Source: Zancudomyces culisetae HAW-14-8
Taxonomy: Eukaryota > Fungi > Kickxellomycota
Direction of reading: 5' to 3'
Length of the DNA stretch: 64,000 nucleotides
Assembly (NCBI GenBank): GCA_052426225.1
Contig: JBNJNM010000009.1
Span: 992,001-1,056,000, forward strand
Made by a program: the position numbers and the translations under genes. Numbering within the stretch: the first letter of the stretch is position 1; the number at the start of each line of letters is the position of its first letter. This document shows positions 51,203 to 61,504 of this stretch, one piece after another. The notes beneath the pieces are model-generated. The model had not been told where the DNA came from, ran no database searches, and saw nothing but the letters and a program-made list of their open reading frames with translations.

Positions 51203-53494
51203 ATGAACTATGTGTATATAGGAAGAATAGTTTTGTTTTTCTTGCTAGTGATTGCTGCAGAGTGCAGGGGCGGGATAGAAAACAACGGTTTGTGTATTGC
51301 GATATTTCATAACACAAACAGCTTGTGCGCATCGGATATGCATTGGTTCTTGGCTACAGAAAGCGTTGTAGCAGAAATAAATTTAAAAGAACGCAATACA
51401 TACTATAAAGAGCTGGCAGAGTGTGAAAAGCTGGAAAGCATTAAAAGTTATATAGCATTTAATACAATCAATAATAAGCGCGCGAGTACGGGTATTGAAA
51501 AAAAAGACATAGCTGATCAAAAGCACATACTTAAAAAAAGAGATACCAACACGTCATTATGCTGTTACAATTTAAACAAGTCGATACCACAAGACGTTTC
51601 AGTCCTTTTAAAACATATTAACCAAGTGGAAATAAATGAAGGTGTTGGTGATGTAGATAGAGAACTTAGCATGAACCCAACTCAATCCCCTGGGTGTCAA
51701 AAAATACAGCCAGTTGACATATCCAAGGATTTAAAAAACGAACAATGTGGAAACTTTTCACCTCCTAGGTTTGTATTTACCCTCAAACACAACCACACGG
51801 GAAAAATGGCAACAAAAAACCCATCTGGCGATCGTATAGTTTTTGGCACAAGGAAACGGAATGAAATCAAAGTTATTAACTGGCTTGGTTTAGAGATAAG
51901 CGAGTGCAGAAAGCAACAAAAACAACTCGCGCTTACTGATAAACTTTTAAATTGCTTTAAATGTGCTGGGGAACCATTTGGTGACTCCACCTTCTTTGAT
52001 AACAATTATCCTGTAGGTAATGATGACCCATATTTTCAAAAGTCTGTTAGAGATGCACAACTTTTGTGTCTAAAACAGTATATAACTAAACATGGCGGAT
52101 CGATTGATCAAGACCCGAATAAAAACAAAGAGGAAAATAGAACTACTGATAACGAAGTTGAAAACACTTTAAATTCTAAAGAAGTGCAAAATGAGGCTAT
52201 ACATAAATCTGCCCTCTTGGATGAAATCGAAAACCCTACGCAGATTGATACAAATAGTGATGATGTCGCCTTAGCAGAAAAACCCAAGTTCCTTCTCCCG
52301 ACCTCGCACGAAGACGATCCGGATAAAAAAAAAGAGGTAACTAGAACTATTGATGAAGACAAACAAGATTTTACAGCAAATGAGCGCAACAACTCGTCTC
52401 CATCTTCGAGCAGTAAAAAGGGCATAGAATCTGAAATTAATGCTACAAACGAACAGAATTTTGTAGCTGATGTTTCCAGAACAAATTTAATCGGTGATTC
52501 ACAACAAAACAAAGCAAGTGATATAATTTCGAAAGAGCAAAAAGGAAATGGCTCAGAGAGTAGTGATTCAAATCTATTAGCTGAAAATGTTTTACCGAGA
52601 TTTAGTGAAGTTGAGACGACTATCATAACTGCATCACAGAAAGTAGATACTCAGCTTCAAAATGTTGGTTCTGAAATTAACCCTGTTGGTATAGATAGTA
52701 CAAGTAAAGCACTGCCATTAAGGATGCAATTATTGACTATTGGATCGAGTTTAGAAATTTTAAAACAAGGATTGGGTCCTGAGGTGGAGATTAATCGCGA
52801 ACTATCTACTGAAGAACATAGCAGCGGAGGTGAGTTGAAAATTACAGGTTATACTACTGCTGTAGTAGATAAAAAAGCCAAAGAAATCACTGTTGCCTCT
52901 ACATCTAATATTAATGACTCTGAAGATATAAAAACACAGACAAGTGTAATTGTACCTGCTACCCTAAGCAAGCAAGAGAGTGAAAGTAAAAACAAAAACA
53001 GAGGTAGTAGCGAAAGCTCCACTTTCACTTCCAATGTAAATGGATCTAATACCATATCAAAGTTAGTTACTTTTACACCGGAATCTACTAGTTATGCCAG
53101 TCAAAGTCAAATATATCATCTAGTGAATAACAATGAAGAGGTTCAGAGTCCTGATACTCACACGCAAAAAGATAATTTTATAGTTATTGGTACAGAGAAC
53201 AAAGATAGTAACGATATCAATAGTAATAGATATAGTGAAGATGAGGATGTTGGTAAAGACAATGGTAAAGATAATGGTAAAGATAGTGGTACAAATAATG
53301 GTAAAGATAGTGGTACAAATAATGGTGAGAGTGAGAGTGAGTTTGTGTGTGGGCGTGACTTCACACTATATATCCCAGTCACTGTACCAATGAACGGGTC
53401 GACCAGTGGTCCTTACTCCCGTTTAAAACTAGGTGGTCTCATAGTTTCTATATTTATGTATTTAATTATGAGCGCTGTTGGTGGTACCATTTGA
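51203..53494 (+). CDS. Secreted or cell-surface protein of unknown function (signal peptide, Cys-containing N-domain, Ser/Thr/Asn-rich stalk, hydrophobic C-terminus)
   Basis: MNYVYIGRIVLFFLLVIAAECRG signal-like start; C-terminal LGGLIVSIFMYLIMSAVGGTI hydrophobic tail; 2.3-kb intronless ORF. Confidence 0.8.
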   Translation: MNYVYIGRIVLFFLLVIAAECRGGIENNGLCIAIFHNTNSLCASDMHWFLATESVVAEINLKERNTYYKELAECEKLESIKSYIAFNTINNKRASTGIEKKDIADQKHILKKRDTNTSLCCYNLNKSIPQDVSVLLKHINQVEINEGVGDVDRELSMNPTQSPGCQKIQPVDISKDLKNEQCGNFSPPRFVFTLKHNHTGKMATKNPSGDRIVFGTRKRNEIKVINWLGLEISECRKQQKQLALTDKLLNCFKCAGEPFGDSTFFDNNYPVGNDDPYFQKSVRDAQLLCLKQYITKHGGSIDQDPNKNKEENRTTDNEVENTLNSKEVQNEAIHKSALLDEIENPTQIDTNSDDVALAEKPKFLLPTSHEDDPDKKKEVTRTIDEDKQDFTANERNNSSPSSSSKKGIESEINATNEQNFVADVSRTNLIGDSQQNKASDIISKEQKGNGSESSDSNLLAENVLPRFSEVETTIITASQKVDTQLQNVGSEINPVGIDSTSKALPLRMQLLTIGSSLEILKQGLGPEVEINRELSTEEHSSGGELKITGYTTAVVDKKAKEITVASTSNINDSEDIKTQTSVIVPATLSKQESESKNKNRGSSESSTFTSNVNGSNTISKLVTFTPESTSYASQSQIYHLVNNNEEVQSPDTHTQKDNFIVIGTENKDSNDINSNRYSEDEDVGKDNGKDNGKDSGTNNGKDSGTNNGESESEFVCGRDFTLYIPVTVPMNGSTSGPYSRLKLGGLIVSIFMYLIMSAVGGTI
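53252..53326 (+). repeat. Coding tandem repeat (GKDN/GKDSGTNN)
   Basis: GGTAAAGAY AAT/AGT units repeated within the surface-protein ORF. Confidence 0.8.
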
Positions 53495-53813
53495 ACTTGT
53501 CACTAATACATTGGTCGTTTTCAACTTTCATCTTTTATCTTTCAACTTTCATCTTTTATCTTTCAGCTTTCAGCTTTTATAATTTCTTTTTCCTTTTTCC
53601 TTGCTCTTTTGTTTTTGCCTTTATTTGCAGCCAATTATGATATAGTATGGAACTTCCACAATTTAAATAAACACCAGCATTTGCCTCGATTTGAGTGGCA
53701 TAAAATTACTAGAAAACCAGAAACCATTAAAACCATTAAATCTTAGAAACCAAGCATACAATAGCAGGCTTCGGAGTGCAGAATTTAAGTGTAGAATAAA
53801 TAAAATACAGAAA

Positions 53814-54737
53814 ATGAATCAGGTGGGTAAATCGTGTAATAATTTTAGTTTTAATGCATTATTTAGTGATACCAAAGTAGTTTTTGGATGGAGATTTGGA
53901 TGAAGGTCTTAAGATTAGAGGTGACAAAGTTTTTTCTAACCTCTCCCCTTCACAATAAATAGAGAATCAAATTGGCCAATTCGGCAACTGAGCGCATGAG
54001 ATATGACAATCTGGCAGAGTTGTATGCAATATTGGTTTCCATTGAACAACTTGAGCTGGCCTTTGTAAGAGATTCGATAAGCAAAGACGAGTAAGATATT
54101 CACGCCAATATCATATATTAGCACTCTCCTGAAATTTACCAACTAAATCCTTTTTTTGTATTTATTCACACATAGATATACGGATGAATGTTCAAAGTTA
54201 CTTGTGCAATATAAATCGGTTTATAATATTGTGGGAAAAGATATTGGTGACCTTAATGAATTTGCGAAAATGTACAAATTGGAATGTCCTGCAGCTTTCA
54301 GTAGAATAGAAATAGGGGTTCCATCCACAGTTGAGCACATGGGTGGTGGTAAAACAGATGGGACTATTGGAGGTGGTAACGCTGGAGGAAACAGTGGCGG
54401 GAACGGGAGAAGTACTGGCATGATATCAAATGCGGCACAGGTGGCGCATACAGTACAGGCATATATTACGCTTATGGATTCGATTAAACTGTCAATGGTG
54501 GCAGTAGACGAATTGCACCCATTGATGGGAGAGTTGGCACACTCACTGACATCTTTGGGATTTGTTCCGCCAGATTTTCTGGCTAGGACCAAGATCAGAG
54601 AGTGGCTGATTACCCTTAATAAAATGAAGGCAAGCGAAGAGCTCGATAACGATCAAATCAGACAGCTCAGCTTTGATATGGATAATTCGTATAGAGAATT
54701 CTATTTAATCCTTAATAACATCAATAGTTCAAAATAA
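53814..54737 (+). CDS. VPS28: ESCRT-I subunit Vps28, 3 exons
   Basis: MNQ|RIKLANSATERMRYDNLAELYAILVSIEQLELAFVRD...|YTDECSKLLVQYK...YITLMDSIKL...DELHPL...WLITLNKMKASEEL...RQLSFD. Confidence 0.95.
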
Positions 54738-54799
54738 AGAAAAGTAGTGGGACATAAACCTGGTTTGAAAGGACAAAAGGAAGAAAGGAAAGAAAGGAG

Positions 54800-56282
54800 T
54801 TAGACGGATTTTGCAACCGAAACATAGGCGTTTGCAGGGTGTTCGTACTTTTTTATAAAAAGCTCGTCGGAAAACTTTTGCATAAACCGAAGCAAATCAC
54901 CCAAATAATCTTTCAGATAGCCAAGAGCATCTTCATCCATATTTGTGTGAGAAACTAGGACGGGAAGCTGAACAAACAGTCGAAGCAAATGCTCGGCGCC
55001 ATAAATATTAGACATTTTTTCACCTGGATATTTGGTTAGAATCTGTTGGTATTGGTACCGCTCAAATCTGTACAGCAAAATGGTTCCTAATGCCTTGTCA
55101 AAATATAACTTTATTCCCTCTAGTATCTCCTGTGTGATTTTCTCATCTTTTCTATTAAAATAGACATATTCATCTTGTAGTCAAAGCTAAGGATTAAAAG
55201 AAAAAGGTATAAAAGTTTTACTTGTTTCTTCGTTTTTCTGGATTTTCTGTGATATACTTGTAATACTTTTCAAAAAGCTGTGAAACATTAGGGGTACGTG
55301 GTAGTGGGATAAGTAGTTTGTCTTTGGTAATTTTTTCCCAGTCATCGATAAGTTTAACTTTTAGATGGTTCGGTACGACTATTTTAAATTCTGGTTTTTT
55401 ACTACCCTCTTCTTCCTATAAATGTGAACATCCGGGTTTATTTGATTGTAATTTGGTGGTGCATTGTGATAAATATAATTTACCCAACTTACCTTGTCCA
55501 TTGATGCATCCCTTCCTCTTTTCCTTCCCCTCTGATAATCTACCTCGTCCGTGCTCTTAAGCCTTGAAGCACCAGTTGAGGCAGATCCTCCAGAAACCAG
55601 TGATTTTCGAGAACTTGAGCCCCCTCCTCCTAGCTCTGGTGTGCTCATGTTCGATCCTTTTTTCTTGTTTGCTAAAATTGCTGCCTGTCTCAGGCTCTTT
55701 TGCTTTTGCAAATTTTCATCTTTCCATTTCAACAACCTCGAATCATCCACCCATTCATCCCAACTATTTTTCCATAGTTTATCTGTTTGTTTATTTATCT
55801 ACTAATTGTTTAATCCAGCTTCTCCAACGTGGAAGGTTTTGTTCATTCGAAATCAAAAATTATTCACACAAAGAAAATGAGATGTTACGTTTGTTTCCAG
55901 CCCTTATAATGTACAAAATAATGAGTCCCAGGTTCGAGTTTCTCTGTATCCTCCTCTTGATCTTCCGTTTTCAGTATCTAAATATTTTGCGCATTAAAAT
56001 GTTGATTATATTTTCAAGCAAAGCTCTTATACAGTATATTCTTCTTTATAATAAAAAACACGAGAACCACATGAAGATAAAAATAATTCTTCAGATTCAA
56101 AAAAAAAACATATTTTTCGACGCGCTATATACATTTTGCTTAGCCATCACCTTCGAATTATTCATATACAGCACTAAATTTTCAAAATATAATTATACCT
56201 TAGCCTCGTATAACAATGGTCCGTGGTAACATAATACTCTTTCGCCTGTCTGGAATTGTAGTGCTTTACTCCTATCACTCAT
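54800..56282 (-). CDS. EAF3: MRG-family chromodomain protein Eaf3/MRG15, multi-exon
   Basis: GERVLCYHGPLLYEAK, YFVHYKGW, WDEWV, LIDDWE, LYFDKALGTILLYRFER, IYGAEHLLRLFV. Confidence 0.95.
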
Positions 56283-57033
56283 CTATCTATGAAAATCAAA
56301 GTTTATTTGTTACAAGATGGCAAAATCGGTATTAATCGGAGGTTTAATATTTACAACTTGGTTTTTGAAAAGTATTATTTTCTTTTGCCTAAAAACTAAT
56401 AATGATAAAAAACAACAAAAAAAAATATTACGAAGCAATAATTTTACTTGGGCAATTATTTGCTGATAAATTTTGTTGTTTTCTACTATTTTAATTGACT
56501 TTATTCGCGAATAATTCGCGAAATTTGTTTGTGTATCCCATCACCAGTACTTTTTGTTGGGATGCTATTTAAAATGGCAATAACAAGAACGAATCATCAT
56601 GAATACCAAACATTAATAATGCAAGCCAGGGCTAAATAGCCAAGGCAGAGTGATAGCTCCCAACTAGTGCAAAAAAAAAATTATTATTGGAGAGTGCGAG
56701 AATCAACTATCTCTAGGTTGGGTGACATCTTTGATGAAAAATAATTATAAATAATGTCCCAACTTGCTTCGCAGCGAGCAGGCCGATCACTACTAGATCA
56801 CAATATAAATCGTTTATACAACATCACCACCTTTATACTTCTTTTTTTATTCAGTCAGCTTTCATTTTTGTAGGACGGAGGGGAAGTGGTTTGTGTGGTC
56901 GGACTTTCAAGTGTCTCTATCTTTTAGTTCACGTTTGATCTTTTATTTCCAAAAATAAAAAGGAGTTATGCACTTTTAAAAAAAAGTTCTTAGAGTAAAA
57001 AATAAATACATGTAAAATGGAATAGTGACAAAT

Positions 57034-57642
57034 CTAGTCTCTGTTGTATTTGGCTACAACCTTGGCAAAGTATGCACCATGGTTAACGGCGGCTTCGTTC
57101 TCCTCAACGTTTGCTGGCTTAGATCCATCTGGTCCAGAAAGAACTCCTGGGCCATATGCCGAGCCTCCAACAGTCTTTTCGTATGTTCCTACTGCCTTGT
57201 TTGGACCAATTGGTACATAGATCATACCAAGGTGAGTGGCATTAATGATAAATGAGAGAGGTGTGGTTTCCATACCACCACCCTGTGAACCGGATCCAAA
57301 GAATACTCCGTACATTTTTCCTAAAAGAGCACCAGCAACCCAGAGACCACCTAGGGAATCAATGAATGATTTTACTTGACCTGGAAGAGTACCAAATCTT
57401 GTTGGGAATCCGAATATGTAAGCATCTGCTTCTTTCATCGCATCAACGGTGTATATAGGGACACTTTCATCCTTTGGTGGGGCGTGCATCATTTCCAAGA
57501 CATTTTGTGGCAATGTTTCGGCAAACTGGAAAAGCTTTACGTTTACGAGTCCAGTTTGTTCCAATCCCTTAACAACTTCCTTTGCGAGACCGGCCATGTG
57601 TCCGTATGTTGAATAGTAAATTACGTGAACTGTTGGTGCCAT
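57034..57642 (-). CDS. Flavodoxin-like NAD(P)H:quinone oxidoreductase (WrbA/Pst2/Ycp4 family), intronless
   Basis: YYSTYGH FMN loop, FGFPTRFG, GSQGGGMETT, HLGMIYVPIG, GGSAYGPG. Confidence 0.95.
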   Translation of the reverse strand: MAPTVHVIYYSTYGHMAGLAKEVVKGLEQTGLVNVKLFQFAETLPQNVLEMMHAPPKDESVPIYTVDAMKEADAYIFGFPTRFGTLPGQVKSFIDSLGGLWVAGALLGKMYGVFFGSGSQGGGMETTPLSFIINATHLGMIYVPIGPNKAVGTYEKTVGGSAYGPGVLSGPDGSKPANVEENEAAVNHGAYFAKVVAKYNRD

Positions 57643-58113
57643 TTTCTTTTTCTTTTTCTGTTTTGGTTTCTGTTTCCTTGGTATATCAACTGAATTATCT
57701 TGATTGAGTTGTTATTTTGTTAAAAACGAGATGCGTTTATATACTTTTTTTCACTTGAGTAGAACCTTCTCAATAACTTTTTTGAAATTGTGTTTTGTTA
57801 TGATTTTTCTAGAATAAACCCGGTTTTAGAAATCATTTGGATCTACTACTTTTAATAGCCTCAAAACACGTTGCAATTCGCTAAAAAAAAAAGGGGTTTA
57901 GGAACAATGGAAATAATTTAAGTAATAACAATACTATGCATTTATTGCACAATTTTATCAGTGCTTTCATTGCATCCCTATCATCGCAAATTTACATAAA
58001 CACTTATTGGCTAACCGAATCGTGCTTTACACTCCATTTTTTGTTGACCAACTTTGGTTTGGGCTAACTTATCCCCAAAATTTTTGAAATGGCACAGAAC
58101 CAGCTCGATTTGC

Positions 58114-58298
58114 TTAGTAATTCCACTTTTTGATTTTTTATTACTAATCATAGATTAAAATCCCTTTGATCAATTGCCCAATTTATGTTGAAGTTCCCAA
58201 CCCTTTTGTTTCGATTTTTAAGAACCAATATTTCATTTACCGGTTTTACACGCACTGAATTGTATTCAAATACTGTTGTAAATTGTTGTATTTAGTAA
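58114..58298. promoter_or_regulatory. Three Yap1/Pap1-type elements TTA(C/G)TAA upstream of the WrbA gene
   Basis: TTAGTAA at 58114-58120 (within TGCTTAGTAA), TTACTAA at 58141-58147, TTAGTAA at 58292-58298. Confidence 0.45.
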
Positions 58299-59675
58299 AC
58301 AAACAAGCTGTAGGTTAACTATGGAAAAATGCAGAATGGGCTTCCTACCTTTTTTTCTAACTCTATTATTTAGAATTCCCTGCTTGTCTGATTGTATTGC
58401 AATTAATATGAAACGATTTGGCCCAAAACAAGAAAACGGATTATGTTCTAATTCTGATAGGTAAATGGATAATCAAAAATATAGAGGGAGGAGGAAGGCA
58501 ATCAATGAGTTGCGAGTTGGGTTTATGTATAGGTAGAGTTGGGTGATACACGTCAACCATTGGTCATTTTCTAAAAGTTTTGTAAAGGCAATACAAAGCG
58601 AAAACATTGAATTGGAGGAAAGCACTGGTTTTTTTTAGTAGCAATAAACATATCTGCACTATTCTAATCTCAGAACAAAAAAATATGGTGTTTTTTTTGT
58701 GCTACTTTGTAGATTTAGCAACGAACGGGCTCATATTGCGTCAAAAGCAAATAACAGACTAATCGATTTTAGACGCAATTTTCTTTGATTAAAGACGTCA
58801 AAATGGAGTAAAAGAATGTCTTTAAAATATTTCTAGTGAAGTTCTTGTACGCTTTTCTTTGCATGTTGTCGTATGTTGTTGCATGTTTGGTTTTATTTTC
58901 AAACAACTTGGCACATATATAACACAGCTTTAAAACACCATTAACGACAAGTTGATCAGAGAAAAGCAAGCAACAAAAGTAGGAATTCTTCTTTATGGTT
59001 CTCTGATAGAGGATGCACTACTGTACACAGAAACTACAGTAAAAGACTGCGTATAGTTCATCCTTTAATTTACTTTAGACCATAGCGTTAGTTTAAACTA
59101 AGTGACATATTCTGGACTAATGAACAGGTTTAGTTCTACGTGACGAAAATGAACTTCATGTTTTTACTATCTTTGCAGCGCAAAAGAGTTAATAGTTATG
59201 ATATGATATGACAGGATCCCTCCCCTCTCCAAATATACTATCAGCTTATAGGCAGAGGTAATTTTAGGGATTTCTTGTGGCACAACCCAAATTAAAGTGT
59301 CTTGGAAAAAATAAATGAGTAGAATATCGAGTACAAGTCGAGTTAGCTTGGAGTTAAGGAGGTATAATCGCTTACGAACTAAAGATAAACTAGAATATGG
59401 CAATTTGGGGTATAATATATACTTATCGACACCCAATTTTTTTTATCTGTAATTTGAAACGACAGTTCTGAGGGAATATATCGTATTTAATTTAACTTTA
59501 TCTTTGGTGTGCTGTAATTTTTGTTCGCTCCAGGAGGTCTAAAATGATCTGCTTGTAAAATTTTGGGCTATCACCAGTGAATTGGAAACGGTGGGATCTA
59601 TATCAAAACAATTAATGGAAACGGAAACGTACTAACATTTTAAAAAGAAAACCTGTATTCAACTGATCAACTTTG

Positions 59676-60623
59676 GCTATTGGATAAACCTCAGAACTAT
59701 ATATCTCTGGGGTTTTAGTAGTTGGCACGAACCGAAAAGTCACAAGTGGCTGTCAGCAGTGTTAGGTGTATTAAATAATTCACTGAATAATAGTAAAGTA
59801 AAAAAAACACAATGGCTGACTGGTGCTTCGTTTGAATAACCTGTGCTAGGAGACAATGTAAATCAGCAAACAAGTCATGCTATATGCCTGTATAAGCAGT
59901 CAAGAGATGCCAGACTTACTGAGGATTTTTATGTTGATAAATATATGAGTGCGCGAATAGCAATATTGCCTCGGCTATGCTCTAGTCCAACCTTCTTGAT
60001 TCTGTTGGTTAGCTTTCTTTGTTGGATGATAAAGGCTGGAAAATATTGGTTTGTGGTGGTAATTCCAAGGTAATTGTAGAATATTTTCTTTTTGAGCGGT
60101 TTTTGCTATTGGCTAGGTTGTTGAAATATTGGACTTAAGAGTGGGTCGTTGATGTACTTGAGGAAAGCTGTCGAAAAAGCTGGGTAATTATTGACAACAG
60201 ATAGCTATTTTACTTCAATTCATTGGAGACACATGTGAGGGAGAGTTTGGTGTGACAATTGCATTTCTGATGTATTTAGAAAAAAATAGACGCCAGAATT
60301 ACTTAATAGCAGAGGGGGGGAATAAAAAAAATCAGACATTGTTCCAAAAATTAGCGAATCGAAGTAAAGCCTCGACCGAAATCAATGAGATGTGTGGAGG
60401 GGAGGAAAAGTATTGGGGGTGTAGTGGGAAATCTTGTGACAGACAAAGTAGGCAAGAAATGGGGGCAGAGCAAACAGAACTATTAAAAGAAGTGATCCAT
60501 TTTTGCTATTGGGTGGCACCTATATTTTTATATATAATTTATATGTATGCACTGAAATAATGGGTGTAAGCAGTCAATCGAAATGCGTATAGATTTGCTT
60601 TTTGGCGAAAGAAGCCCAATAGC
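59676..60623. promoter_or_regulatory. Four copies of GCTATTGG/CCAATAGC upstream of the metallothionein
   Basis: At 59676, 60105 and 60505 on the plus strand and 60616 on the minus strand. The copies at 60105 and 60505 share TTTTTGCTATTGG. Confidence 0.5.
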
Positions 60624-60757
60624 GTGATATAATTCGCTTACCCACTTTTTAATTTAGTGTGTTTGTAAAAAAATGGTCTAAATCCAGTTTATGCAAAAGT
60701 AGTAGAACAAAACAAAATACAAACATTAGCCAGAAAAACGGATGCGGGGGAAAAAAG

Positions 60758-60765
60758 TATAAATA
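60758..60765 (+). promoter_or_regulatory. TATA box of the metallothionein gene
   Basis: TATAAATA about 140 bp upstream of the ATG at 60899. Confidence 0.45.
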
Positions 60766-60898
60766 CTCGATGACTTTTTCGAAAAGGAGAAGCCATCAAC
60801 CATAAAACCATCTAGTATTCTTATTAATCACAAAAGGAATCAAGAAGCCTACAAGGTAACTATTAAGATCAACACAAACCAGAATAAAGAAAACAAGA

Positions 60899-61504
60899 AT
60901 GAGCTCATGCGATAAGAAAACCTGCTGCAAGGAAAAGGTTGCATGCACCAAGGAGAGTCAGGCCTGCCAATGTACATCTGGAGGCGCATGCTGTTGTGAG
61001 GCTGGCAAGTGCCAGTGTGCAGGAAAGAAGGGCGAATGCTGCAAAGAAAAGGGTGAATGCTGCAAGAAGGGAGAAGCATGCAAGTGTACATCCGGAGGCC
61101 CATGCTGCTGTGAGGCTGGCAAGTGCCAGTGTGCAGAAAAAAAGGGTGAATGCTGCAAAGAAAAGGGTGAATGCTGCAAGGAGAAGGCTGCATGCTGCAA
61201 GAAGGGAGAAGCATGCAACTGTGTATCTGGAGGTACATGTTGTTGCGAGGCTGGCAAGTGCCAATGTGCAGGAAAGAAAGGTGAATGCTGCAAGAAAGAT
61301 TCCAGCGTCTGTTGCAGATGTACAGAAGACAAAAAATGTATCTGTAAAGAAGGAGAGTGCAAGTGTGCAGGAAGACACATATGCCAGTGCAGAGAGGGCA
61401 AGGAATGCACTTGTAAAGATCCATGCAAATGTGAACAAGCAACATGCGAATGCAAGGAAGCAAGTGGCAAGCCATGCCACTGTGAATCTGGATGCAAATG
61501 TTAA
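60899..61504 (+). CDS. Long modular metallothionein, 201 aa, 56 Cys
   Basis: About 28% Cys in CxC, CC and CCC motifs, rich in K/E/G/A, no aromatic residues, no signal peptide. ATG in an A-rich context with an upstream TATA box. Confidence 0.88.
   Translation: MSSCDKKTCCKEKVACTKESQACQCTSGGACCCEAGKCQCAGKKGECCKEKGECCKKGEACKCTSGGPCCCEAGKCQCAEKKGECCKEKGECCKEKAACCKKGEACNCVSGGTCCCEAGKCQCAGKKGECCKKDSSVCCRCTEDKKCICKEGECKCAGRHICQCREGKECTCKDPCKCEQATCECKEASGKPCHCESGCKC
60962..61297 (+). repeat. Three tandem coding modules within the metallothionein
   Basis: Units at 60962-61075, 61076-61210 and 61211-61297, each encoding ACxC(T/V)SGGxCCCEAGKCQCA(G/E)KKGECCK with near-identical DNA. Confidence 0.92.

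Noticed and set aside
53518-53582. Short tandem duplication (TTTCAACTTTCATCTTTTATC x2) downstream of the surface-protein gene
   Set aside because: Ordinary slippage in a pyrimidine-rich 3' region.
55564-56229. 221-aa plus-strand ORF
   Set aside because: Antisense to EAF3 exons and introns, non-ATG start, no recognisable features.
59843-60560. Short ORFs in the WrbA-metallothionein spacer
   Set aside because: Non-ATG starts, no motifs and no consistent splice structure.
60962-61297. Repeat-spacer-like periodicity resembling a CRISPR array
   Set aside because: The repeats are in-frame coding modules without unique spacers, there are no cas genes, and the context is eukaryotic.
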